DNA from: Alphaproteobacteria bacterium
Lineage (GTDB): Bacteria; Pseudomonadota; Alphaproteobacteria; Bin95
Assembly: GCA_965215305.1 (NCBI GenBank)
Contig: OZ244041.1
Location: forward strand, 3,177,689-3,241,688
Direction: 5' to 3'
Length of the DNA stretch: 64,000 nt
Shown here: piece after piece, positions 20,250 to 31,600 of the stretch
How the letters are laid out: each line of letters starts with the position of its first letter
Position numbering within the stretch: the stretch's first letter is position 1
Made by a program: the position numbers and the translations under genes
The notes under the pieces: generated by a model
What the model saw: the letters and a program-made list of their open reading frames with translations, nothing else
Told to the model about the DNA's origin: nothing
Database searches by the model: none

Positions 20250-21440
20250 TTACACCACCCCCTCGGCCCGTAGTGCCTCGACCGCTGCGCCGTCATAGCC
20301 GAGGGCAGCCAGCACTTCACCCGTATGCTCGCCCTGGTCCGGCGTGTGGATGCGGATATCGGGGCGGCCGCCGCTGCGCGAGAGGGTCGCCGCCTGGCCG
20401 ACGACGCCGACCGTCCCAAGCTCAGGATGCGCCATCGCCTTCTCGATGCCGAGATGGCGGACCTGCGGGTTGGTCATCGTCCTGTCGATGCTGTTGATCG
20501 GCCCGCAGGGCACGCGCGCCTCGTTAAGTGCAATCACCCACTCCTCGCTCGGCCGCCTGGCGGTGTATTCACCCAACACCCTGTTGAGCGCAGCGCGGTT
20601 CTTTGACCTGCTCTCGTCGTCGGCATAATCGGGATGGGAGACGAGCTCCGGGCAGCCGAGCGCCCCGCAGAGACGCCCGAACATGGTATTGCCGGAGGCG
20701 GCGATATTGATATGGCCGTCCGAGGTCGGGAACACGCCGGTCGGGATCGAGGTCGGGTGGTCATTGCCGGCCTGCGGCGCCACCTCGCCCGACACGGTCC
20801 AGCGCGCCGCCTGGAAGTCCAGCATCATGATCTGCGCTTCCAGCAGCGAGGTATGCACCCATTGCCCCTCGCCGGAACGCTCGCGTTCGTAAAGCGCAAG
20901 CAATATGCCCTGCGCCAGATGCAGCCCGGCCGTCAGGTCCGCGATGGGGATGCCGACCCGGACCGGCCCCTGCCCCGGCAGGCCGGTGATCGACATGAGC
21001 CCGCCCATGCCCTGCGCAATCTGGTCCACGCCCGGCCGATCCCGGTAGGGGCCGGACTGGCCGAATCCCGAGATCGAACCATAGACGATGCGTGCATTGA
21101 CGGCCTTCACGGCCTCATAGTCGATGCCGAGCCGGTGCTTTACGCCCGCACGGTAATTCTCGACTACCACATCGGCATGTTTCGCCATCTCCAGGAAAAT
21201 CTCCCGGCCCTTGTCGGCCTTGAGATTGAGCGTCATCGACCGCTTGTTGCGGTGGAGGTTCTGGAAGTCGAAGCCGCGGCGGCTGCCGGACACCACGGAG
21301 CGCGCATCCTCGCCGGGCGGCGCCTCGACCTTGACCACATCCGCCCCCCAGTCGGCGAGCTGGCGCACGGCCGTCGGTCCCGCCCGGGCGCGGGTGAGGT
21401 CAAGGACCCTGATATGGGCGAGAGGCAGCGCGGCGGACAT
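20250..21440 (-). CDS. CoA transferase, family III (CaiB/BaiF)
   Basis: IRVLDLTRARAGPTAVRQLADWGADVVKVE and a conserved Asp region. Start chosen at MSAALPL. Confidence 0.8.
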   Translation of the reverse strand: MSAALPLAHIRVLDLTRARAGPTAVRQLADWGADVVKVEAPPGEDARSVVSGSRRGFDFQNLHRNKRSMTLNLKADKGREIFLEMAKHADVVVENYRAGVKHRLGIDYEAVKAVNARIVYGSISGFGQSGPYRDRPGVDQIAQGMGGLMSITGLPGQGPVRVGIPIADLTAGLHLAQGILLALYERERSGEGQWVHTSLLEAQIMMLDFQAARWTVSGEVAPQAGNDHPTSIPTGVFPTSDGHINIAASGNTMFGRLCGALGCPELVSHPDYADDESRSKNRAALNRVLGEYTARRPSEEWVIALNEARVPCGPINSIDRTMTNPQVRHLGIEKAMAHPELGTVGVVGQAATLSRSGGRPDIRIHTPDQGEHTGEVLAALGYDGAAVEALRAEGVV

Positions 21441-21701
21441 GGCGGCTCGGGCTTTCGTTGCGGGAAAACAGCCATCATTCAAGCACAGCCGACGGCGTCC
21501 CCGCCAGCCTGCCGGTTTTCCGTTCGCCCCGCCCTGACGGCGTGCAATCCGGAAATATCCGCTACGGTGCCCTGCGAAGCGGTGACGTGGATTACTGGCG
21601 TGACACGCTCAACCATGTGCCCGCCCGCGCATTTCGGGAAGGCAAGGTGCTTTATGAGCGACCTTGGCGCATGATCCGTTCAGATTGGATCGCATGCCGG
21701 G

Positions 21702-22457
21702 TCAGTGGAAATAGGCGCCGCCGTCAACGACGAGGGTTTGTCCGGTGACGAAGTCGGACTCCCCGGAGGCAAAGAAGACCACGGCGCCCACGATGTCCGC
21801 CGGATGCTGGTCGCGCTGGAGGACGCGCGCCTGAAGCGAGATATCCCGGAGCGTTTCCAATTGGTGAGAATTCGCGAGCACGCCATCAGAGAGCGTAAAC
21901 CCTGGCGCCACCGCATTGACCCTTATGCCCGCGCCGCCGAGTTCCTTCGCCAGCGCCTTGGTCATCGCATTGACGGCGCCCTTGCTCGCCACATAGTGCA
22001 GCAGGAAGGGAACGCCCTTGAACGGCGTTCCGGACGAAAAATTGACGACCGAACCGCCGCCCTGCCGGCGCATGGCGGGAACGACGGCGCGGGTCGCAAG
22101 CGCCTGCCCGATGACATTAACGTCGAGGATCCGCCGCCATTCCTCGACTTCCAGTTCCTCGAAGGGCCCGGTCTGCAGAGAGGAGTAGATACCGGCATTG
22201 TTGATGAGCACGTCGATACGGCCGAACGCCTCCAGGGCCGCGGCCGCCATAGCCTCGGTGTCTTCCCGGCTCGACACGTCGCAGGCGACTCCGATGACGG
22301 CGTCCCCCGCATTACCGAGCGCCTTTGCGGCCTCCGCAGCGCCCGCACGGTCGGCTATGACGACTTTCGCGCCTTCTGCAAGCAGGCCTTCCGCTACGGC
22401 GCGCCCGATGCCCATCGCGCCGCCGGTGACGATGGCGACCTTTCCGTTGCAACGCAT
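21702..22457 (-). CDS. SDR family oxidoreductase (3-oxoacyl-ACP reductase-like)
   Basis: KVAIVTGGAMGIGRAV, NNAG and YVASKGAV motifs. Confidence 0.8.
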   Translation of the reverse strand: MRCNGKVAIVTGGAMGIGRAVAEGLLAEGAKVVIADRAGAAEAAKALGNAGDAVIGVACDVSSREDTEAMAAAALEAFGRIDVLINNAGIYSSLQTGPFEELEVEEWRRILDVNVIGQALATRAVVPAMRRQGGGSVVNFSSGTPFKGVPFLLHYVASKGAVNAMTKALAKELGGAGIRVNAVAPGFTLSDGVLANSHQLETLRDISLQARVLQRDQHPADIVGAVVFFASGESDFVTGQTLVVDGGAYFH

Positions 22458-22635
22458 GTCCCGTTTCCTCCCGCTTGTCCGCATACCGGGGGCTGTTTAT
22501 GCCGGAGCCATGCTTAAGGCGTCCCGGCGAACACCCGGTTTCAACCACTCACTGCCGCGAAACGGCCTTCGTTCAATCTGGACTGCCGAATCCGGAAACC
22601 TGAAACACGATACCGCAGGAGAAGACGTAACACGC

Positions 22636-25600
22636 TCACCAGCGCGCGCTGATCTCGAACCCGACAGTATGCTCCGGCTTCGCCCCGTCGCTCTCCCTGC
22701 GTGTCGCCTTCAGCCGGAAGGAGATATCGGGCGCATTCCTCGCCGGCGTGAGCCGCCAGCCAAGGCTGTAATCGCGCGCGCCGGTGGCCAGACCGATCCC
22801 CATATGCGGGCTGCTGATGAAGCGCCCCGAAAGGGCCGGGAAGCCATATGCCCCCTCGGCAGACCAGCGACTCCCGGAGGTCGAGCCGGAGCCCGTGCGC
22901 TCACTCAGCGGATCGGCCTGGAACAGCGCGTCGAGCCCGCCCTCGGCCTGTCCGCCCCAGTCCTGGCGCAGCGCGAAGGACAGGCCTCGTTCCGAGGCCG
23001 GGTCGGGATCGAAGGCGAGCGAGGTCGCGAAGCCCCGGTTCTCCAGGTCTCCCGCGTCATGCGCCACAAGCGCCCGACCCGAAAGGTCGAGCGAGAGGCC
23101 GAGACGCGGGTCCATCCAGGCGATGCCGCCGCCGAGTTCGACCCCGAAGCCGGTCTCGGCATCGCCGCCGTCATGGCGCATGCCCATTTCCAGCTTCGGC
23201 GTGATGCTGGCATCGCCCTCCAGCGGCGCCTTCCAGCTGCCCTCCAGACCAAGCCTGAGCCGCGTCACATCGGAATCCGACGCCGCAAGCCCGCGCGTCT
23301 TCTCCGAGGACGTCCCGGCCCACAGCGCGTCCGAGACCAGCGCCAGCCCCGGGCCGCCTGCCCCGGACTCCGATCCAGGGCTCTCCTGCGTTGGCAGCAG
23401 GTCACCGCGCAGGCCCAGGGACGCCATGCTCCACGAGATGTCCGACTTCAGCATCTCGCCCAGCTCGGGTTTGAGCATTACCTCGCCTACGCCGTGGCCG
23501 AGCGCGCCCCAGAGCTTCACACGCTCCGAAGCCTGCAGGGCCAGATAGGGAATCGCCGCCGTCAGCGTGGCCTCCACCTTGCCGCCCGCCCCGCGCCCCG
23601 CACCGCTGCACGGATTGTCCACATCCATGCCCCCGTCGTCATCCAGACAGTGCTGCGCGCCGGTCCCGGAGCCTGCCCCGGACTCCGATCCGGGGTCGGC
23701 ATAGCTGCCCCCGCCCTTGCCGCTGCTCCGCATCAGCGCCATGCCGGCCAGCCATTGGTCCCGCGCATAGTCCGCGCCCAGCATCGCCGTCATCGCCTCG
23801 CCGTCGAGCGAGAAGCGGCCTTCCCGGCCGTCGAAGCCCGACTGCGCCGCCCGGCCCCAGAAGGCGAGGTTGCCGCCAGTGGCGTCCCGTTCTCCCGTCA
23901 GCGTGAAGCGGCTGCCGAGCAACAGGTCCCGCCCGGAAAGTGTCCGTGACCTGTCGGTTGCCCGCTCATCGCCGAACAGCCGGTCGATGTCGGACAGGGA
24001 CAGCCGGGCGCGATCGAACAGGCTTGTCCCGGACAATGAGCCGTGTGGGGACGCCGCCCCGACACCGGTGGAACCACCGAAGGACAGGGCCTGCCCGGCG
24101 ATCATGCCCTGCATGCCGGCCGTCCGCGGCGCCGCGATACGCCCGGCAATGCCGTCCAGCGCCTGCTCGGCGACAGCGCGCCCGAAGCGTGCCAGCCAGG
24201 CCGCCGGCATCGGGTCCGAATTGACGATGGTGCCGATTGCCAGTTCGTCCGCGATGATGGCGCCCTCTGCCTCGGTCAGCACGACGGTGAGGGTCTCCCG
24301 GCCCTCGTCGTGGAAGTCATCGAAGGTCTCGACCCAGAATTCCCCTCGAGTCGACCCCGGGTAAACGGTCACCCGGCTGTCGGCGTAGCGGAAATCCGCG
24401 TGGGGGACCGCCTCCCCGTAGCTCGGCCCGTGGCCGTTTTCGTTGTCGTGGGGGTTCGTCCCAAATCGGGTCTCCCAGTAAACGACTACCTCGTGGTCCA
24501 CCGCATGGGAGAGCGTGAACGTGAAATGCAAATCGTCGCCCTCCGCCGCCTCGACATCATCAATATGGATCGTCGGCAAGGACGGCACTTCGTCGTCGGC
24601 CACCGCGACGGTGGCGCTGGCGTCTGTCGCGTGCGGGGTGTAGCCGGTTCCCGGTTCGACGGTAATGGCGAGGCTGCCGTCGTCTTCAAGCGTCGAGTCG
24701 TCGACGGTCGGGATGTCAACGGTGACGGTGGCGTCCGTGCCGAGCGTCACGGGCCGCGCGCCGAGCTCTCCGTCCCCGGCGAAGGCGCCGCTTTGCGTCA
24801 CGCGCAGGTTCACGGTGATGTCCTGCGAAGGCACAGGGGCGCCTGTCAGCGTGAAGCGCGCAACGCCCCCTTCGGTGATATCGGCACCGCCGGTGATGCG
24901 CACGACGGTCGCCCGAGCGTCATCGTCATCGTCGTTGTCGGCCACCGCCACTGTCGCCGCGGACGGGCTGCCGACCAGGTAGCCGGTTCCGGCCTCCAGC
25001 GTCGCCGACACGCCGCCATTCGCCTCCTTGAGATCGTCATCCGTTGTCGCGAGCGTGTAGGTGGCCGTATCGCTCCCCGCGGCGATCGTGACCGTCTTCG
25101 ATCCCTCCTCGCCATCCATCAGAAAGTCGCTCACCGCGTCGTCGGCAATGGCCAGCGCGATCTCGAGGTCCGACGCCGGCGCGGGACTTGCCTGGACGGT
25201 GAACACGGCGTCGCCGCCTTCGGTGATGTCGCCGCCGGCCGCAATCGTGATCTCGGGATCGGGGTCGGGGGTGTCGCCTATGATCGTGACCCTCGTGTAA
25301 CACAGGGCGGTCGAGGTGCAATGGGCCGCGGCGGCGTTGAATGGGTAGCTCTTCACACCGGGGAAGCCGCGATCCGGGTTGCCGAGCCACTGGAGGCTGT
25401 CCCAGCTGGCAGTGAAGGTTTTGCCCACGGAACCCTTGCACAACTCGATTTCCAGTTCGATCGTGTCGGTATCGATGTCCTCGGCGATGCGCACCAGGGG
25501 TCCGGTTCTCACCATCCCCTCGGGGTAGGAGGGCCAGTGGCCCCAATCGACCACATCCGTTCCAGGTTCCCTGCAATCGCCCCCACCCTGGGCCGTGCCG

Positions 25601-28600
25601 GGGCCCCAATCGAAATAGAAGGCCACATCAATGCCGTGGCCTTTCAGACCCGCCGGCACGGGCATCAGGATCCGGCTGTTTCTGCCGGCATACACCACCG
25701 TGGCCGTCTCAGGTGGCGTGATCCCGCTCACGGGCTCCCGGATCGTGACGACGGCCGTGTCAGGCTCGCCAAGGGTCACGGTGCCCGGTAGTTCGGATGC
25801 CCGGATTGCCAGCTTGAAGGTCTCATTGGGGTCATTCTGGTTGTCGCGTGTGGTCGAAATGCGCGCCTTCCCACTCGTTGTGCCCGCCCGGATCGTGACC
25901 GTCTGCACGCCACCAACGTAGTCCGCGCCGGGTGTCGCGCTGTAGCCGCCCGGGCTGGTCGCCTCCAACTCAATCATCGTATCGGCAGCAGGGGCCTCGG
26001 ACAGGTTGACCGTCACCGAGAGCGAATCGCCCTCCAGCACCTCGTAGCGCGATGTCGAGAGCGAGACCGTGCCCACCGGCCCCGCATTGTCATTGTCCGT
26101 GATGGTGACCGTGGCCGGGGTAATGGTCAGAGCGCCGGAGCTTCCGGTGACCTCGATCGTCTCATCCTCCTCGTGCAGGGCGTCGTCGGTGGGTGTCAGA
26201 TCGAATGTGCCGGTCTCGCTGGCATCGCCCGCAGCGATGGTGATGTCGAAATTCGACACGGCGCCGTAGTCCGTGCCCGAAATGGCCGTGCCCCCGCCCA
26301 CGCTCACCGTCACCGTCCTGGCGTCCACGTAGCGCGTCGTGCCGTTCACGGCGGCCGTCACCGTGATTTGGGTCAACCCATCCCCCTCGTCCAGCGTGGC
26401 GGGCGACACCGAGAGCGTGATGCCGCTGGGCGCCGCGTCATCGTCGGCGATGGTCAGGGTCTGGTCGGTCGGGTTGGTGACGCCCCCGCCGCTGGCGGTG
26501 GCCGAGACCGTCACCGTCTTGTTCGGCGCGTCAATGTCATTGTCCACCGCCGTGATCGTCACCGCGCCGGTGCTGGTGGTCGCTCCAACCGCGATGGTCA
26601 GGGTGGTGCCGCTCAGGGTGAAATCGCCCGCAGCGGTGTTGGCGCCCGCGGCGGCAACCACCGTCAGGGTCACCGCCTCGTTCGACTTGCCCGATAGGGT
26701 GGCGGTCACTGTGCTGGAGTTCGTGGCGCCACTCTCGTTGATGGTGCCTGGCGTCAACATCAGGGTGACCGTCGGCGTGCCCTCGTCGTCCGTAATGGTG
26801 AGCGTCTGGTCGGCCGGGTTCGTCACCCCGCCGCCCGACGCCGCGCCCGACACCACGACCGATGCATTCGGCGCATCCACGTCATTGTCCACCGCCGTGA
26901 TTGTCACCGTGCCGGTGCTGGTCTTCGAGCCCGCCGCGATCGTCAGGGTCGTGTTGCCGCTCAACGTGACCGGGGCATTGTTCGGCACCGAGACCTCCAC
27001 CGTCACCGCCGCACTCGACTCGCCCGACAGCGTCGCCGTCACCGCGCTGGCGTTGCCATTCCCGCTCTCGTTGATGGTCGTTGGATCCAGCGCCAGTGTC
27101 ACCGTGGGCGTGCCTTCGTCATCCGTGATAGTGAGCGTCTGATCAGTCGGGTCGGAAACCCCGCCGCCGCTGGCAGTGGCCGAGACCGTCACGCTCTTGT
27201 TCGGCGCGTCCACATCGTTGTCCACCGCCGTAATCGTCACCGCACCGGTGCTGGTGGTCGCACCCGCCGCGAAGGTCAGGGTCTTGTTGGTGGTCACCGT
27301 GAAATCGGCCGCGACCGTGTCGGCGCCCGCGACGGCGGCCACCGTCAGGGTCACCGCAACGCTCGACTTGCCCGACAGCGTCGCCGTCACCGTGCTGGCG
27401 TTGCCATTCCCGCTCTCGTTGATGGTGGTTGGCGTCAGCACCAGGGTGACCGTCGGCGTGACCTCGTCATCCGTGAGGGTGATGGCCGTCCCGGCGACGG
27501 TGATGCCGGTCAGCGTGCCTTCAATGCTGATGCCCTCACTGGGCTCGTCTATGTCGTCATCGGTGGGCGTGAGCGTGAAGTCCACATAGCCGCTTGAGGA
27601 GCCCGCATCGATCGTGATGCTCTTGCTCTCAACCTCCGTGTAGTCGGTCCCCTCCTCAGCGCCGTCGGCGTCCGCGCCCACCTCCACCGTCACCGTCTTG
27701 GCCTCGGTGAAGGTCGAGCTGCCGCCCAGCGTGGCCGTCACCCGCACCGTCTTCGCACCGCCATCCTCGGCCAGGGAGGTCTGGGTTCCCATCGTGTCCG
27801 TGTCCGCATCCACCGTGAGCGTCAGTGCCGTCGGCGCCGCGTCATCGTCGGTGATGGTGCCGGTGGCCTGGGCCGTGGATATCGTGCCGCCCTCCGCCTC
27901 GGTCAGCTCCACCAGGAAGGTCTCGTTGCCCTCGTGCAGCGTGTCCTCCGTGGTGTCGACCGTGAAGGTCTGTGTGCCCACATCCTTGGCGAAGGTCAGT
28001 GTCCGCGCCGTCGTTACCCGAGTGTAGTCGGTGGCTGATGCCGCGTTCGCCCCATCGCTGGAGTCCGGCTTGGTGTTCCACTTCACCGACACCGCATTGT
28101 CCATGGCGCCGCTGCGGGTCACCGTGAAGGTAATCGCATCGCCCTCCGACGCACTCGCGTCCGCCACGGCGAACGACGGCTGGGTGTCGTCGTTCCTGAT
28201 CGTCCCCGTCGCCGTGCCCTTGCCCGACTCGATGCTCACCCCGGTGCCGGGGTCCCCGTCGGCCAGCGCCGGGGCGCTCAACACCGCCTTGAACGTCTCG
28301 TCCGGCTCGAACAGGTCGTCCTGCGTCGTCTGCACCTCAACCGTCTGGCTGGTGACGCCAGCGGCGAAGTTCAACGTCTGTGCTGTGGCAATAGCGGTGT
28401 AGTCGTCCGTGCCGGCGGCTTTGACGCCGTCACCACTATCCGCCGCCGTCGCGATCTTCACCTCCGCCACGTTGTCTTCGGCCCCGGCGCGGCTTACGGT
28501 GAACGCCACCTTGCCGCCCTCGGTGGCCTCCGCATCGGCAATCGAGAAACTCACCGGGGCGTCGGTGTCGGTAAGGGTGACTGTCGCGGGGGTGATCGTG

Positions 28601-31600
28601 ATGTCGGTGAGCGTGCCGGTGACGTCGATGGTCTCGTCGGACTCGTCGAGGTCGTCGTCCACCGGCGTCACGGTGAAGCTGCCGGTGTGGCTGGCGGCGC
28701 CAGCGGCGATGGTGATGTTGAAGTTGCTCACCGCCGCATAGTCCGCCGGGGAGGCGGCTGTGCCGTCCGCAACGCTTACCGCCACGGTCTTGGCCTCCAC
28801 GTAGCGCGTCGTGCCGTTCACCGTGGCCGTCACCGTCACCACCGTGGCCCCGGCGTCCTCGGCCACCGTGCTCGGCGTGCCCGAGGTCGAACCGTTGGTG
28901 TCCACGCTCAACGTGATGCCGCTGGGCGCCGCGTCGTCGTCATTGATGGTGCCGGTGGCCTGGGCATCGCTGATGATGGCGCCGACCGGCTCGGTCAGCT
29001 CTACCAGGAAGGTCTCGTTGCCCTCGTGCAGCGTGTCTTCCGTGGTAGCGACCGTGAAGGTCTGTGTGCCCACGCCCTTGGCGAAATCCAGCTTCGTCGC
29101 CGTGGGCATCGCGGTGTAGTCGGTGGTCGAGGCCGCGTTCGCCCCGTCGCTGGAGTCCGCCTTGGTGCGCCACTTCACCGACACCGCGTTGTCCATCGCC
29201 CCGCTACGGGTCACCGTGAAGGTGATCGCATCGCCCTCCGACGCACTCGCGTCCGCCACGGCGAACGACGGCCGGGTGTCGTCGTTCTTGATCGTGCCGA
29301 TGGCCGTGCCCTTGCCCGACTCAATGCTTACCCCGGTGCCCGGATCGTCCTCCGCCAGCGCCGGAGCGCTCAGAACCGCCCGGAACGTCTCGTCCGGCTC
29401 GAACAGGTCGTCCTGCGTGGTCTGCACCTCGACCGTCTGGCTGGTGACCCCGTCGGCAAACTTCAATGTCTGCGCTGGAGAAATGGCAGTGTAGTCGTCC
29501 GTGCCGGCGGCTTTGACGCCGTCACCACTATCCGCCGCCGTCGCGATCTTCACCTCCGCCACATTGTCCCCGGCCCCGGCGCGGCTCACGGTGAAGGTCA
29601 CCTTGCCGCCCTCGGTGGCTTCGGCATCGGCAATCGAGAAACTCACCGGGGCGTCGGTGTCGGTAAGGGTGACTGTCGCGGGGGTGATCGTGATGTCGGT
29701 GAGCGTGCCGGTGACGTCGATGGTCTCGTCGGACTCGTCGAGGTCGTCGTCCACCGGCGTCACGGTGAAGCTGCCGGTGTGGCTGGCGGCGCCAGCGGCG
29801 ATGGTGATGTTGAAGTTGCTCACCGCCGCATAGTCCGCCGGGGAGGCGGCTGTGCCGTCCGCAACGCTTACCGCCACGGTCTTGGCCTCCACGTAGCGCG
29901 TCGTGCCGTTCACCGTGGCCGTCACCGTCACCACCGTGGCCCCGGCATCCTCCGCCACCGTGCTCGGCGTGCCCGCGGTCGAACCGTTCGTGTCCACGCT
30001 CAACGTGATGCCACTCGGCGCCGCGTCATCGTCGGTGATGGTGATGGTGGCGTCAGTAAAGGTGATGTTGGCCTGCGTGCCCTCGACGCTGATGGTCTCG
30101 TTCGGCTCGTCCAGCACGTCACTGGTGGGTGTCAGGGTGAAGTCCACATAACCGGTTTGTTCACCCCCGTCGATCGTGATGGTGAGGGTGCCGATCTCGG
30201 TGTAGTCCGTGTCTTCCGTGGCCGAGTCCGCCGACTTGCCCACTTCAAACGTGACCGCCTGGTTGGCCGCAAAGCGCGTGGCGCTGGTGATGGTCGCGGT
30301 GACCCGCACCGTGGTGGCCCCGGCCTCCTCGCCCACACTAGTCGGCGTGCCGTTCCCGCCGGCGTTGGTGTCTACGGCCAGGGTAATAGCGCTGGGCGCA
30401 GCGTCGTCGTCATTGATGGTGATGGTGGCGTCAGTAAAGGTGATATCGGCCTGCGTGCCATGCACGCTGATGGTCTCGTTCGGCTCGTCCAGCACGTCAC
30501 TGGTGGGCGTCAGGGTGAAGTCCACATAGCCGCTGGTTTCACCCCCGTCGATCGTGATGGTGAGGGTGCCCACCTCGGTGTAGTCCGTGCCTTCGGTGGC
30601 CGAGTCCGCCGACTTGCCCACTTCAAACGTGACCGCCTGGTTGGCCGCAAAGCGCGTGGCGCTGGTGATGGTTGCGGTGACCCGCACCGTGGTGGCCGCG
30701 GCCCCCTCAGCCAAAGTGGTCGGCGTGCCGTCCCCTCCGGCGTTGGTGTCCACCGACAACGTAATCGCGCTGGGCGCCGCGTCGTCGTCATTGATGGTGA
30801 TGGAGGAATTGGTGAACGTGACGCCGGTGAGCGTGCCGTCCAGGCTGATGGTCTCGCTTCCCTCAAACAGCACGTCGGTGGTGGGCGTGAGCATGAACTC
30901 CACGTAGCCGCTGGCCGCGCCGATGGGGATTTCGATGCTCTGCTGGTCCACCATGGCGTAGTCCGTGCCTTCCGTTGCGGTGTCCCCATCCTTGCCCACC
31001 GTTACCGTGACCGTCTGCGCGGTGGCAAAGCGCGTCGTGCCGTCAATGGTGGCCGTGACCCGCACCGTCTTGACGCCGCCTTCCTCCGCGATACTGCTCT
31101 GCACATTGTTCGTGCCGGTGTCCGCGTCCACCGACAGGGTGATCGCGCCGGGCGCCGCGTCGTCGTCCGTGATGGTGATGGCGGTATTGGTGAACGTGAC
31201 GTCGGTGAGCGTCCCCTCCACGCTGATGGTCTCGCTTCCCTCGGACAGCACGTCGCTGGTCGGCGTGAGCGGGAAGTCCACATAGGCGCTGGCCGCGCCG
31301 ATGGGGATTTCGATGCTCTGCTCGCCCACCATGGCGTAGTCCGTGCCTTCCGTGGCGGAGTCTCCGTCCTTGCCCACCGTTACCGCGACCGTCTGCGCGG
31401 TGGCAAAGCGCGTCGTGCCGACGATGGTGGCGGTGACCCGCACCGTGGTGGCCCCAGCCTCCTCTCCGATATTTGTCGGCGTGCCCGAGGTCGCACCGTT
31501 GGTATCCACGCTCAACGTGATGCCGCTCGGCGCGTCGTCGTCGTCAGTGATGGTGCCGGTGGCCTCGGCCGTGGATATCGTGCCGCCCTCCGCCCCGGTC

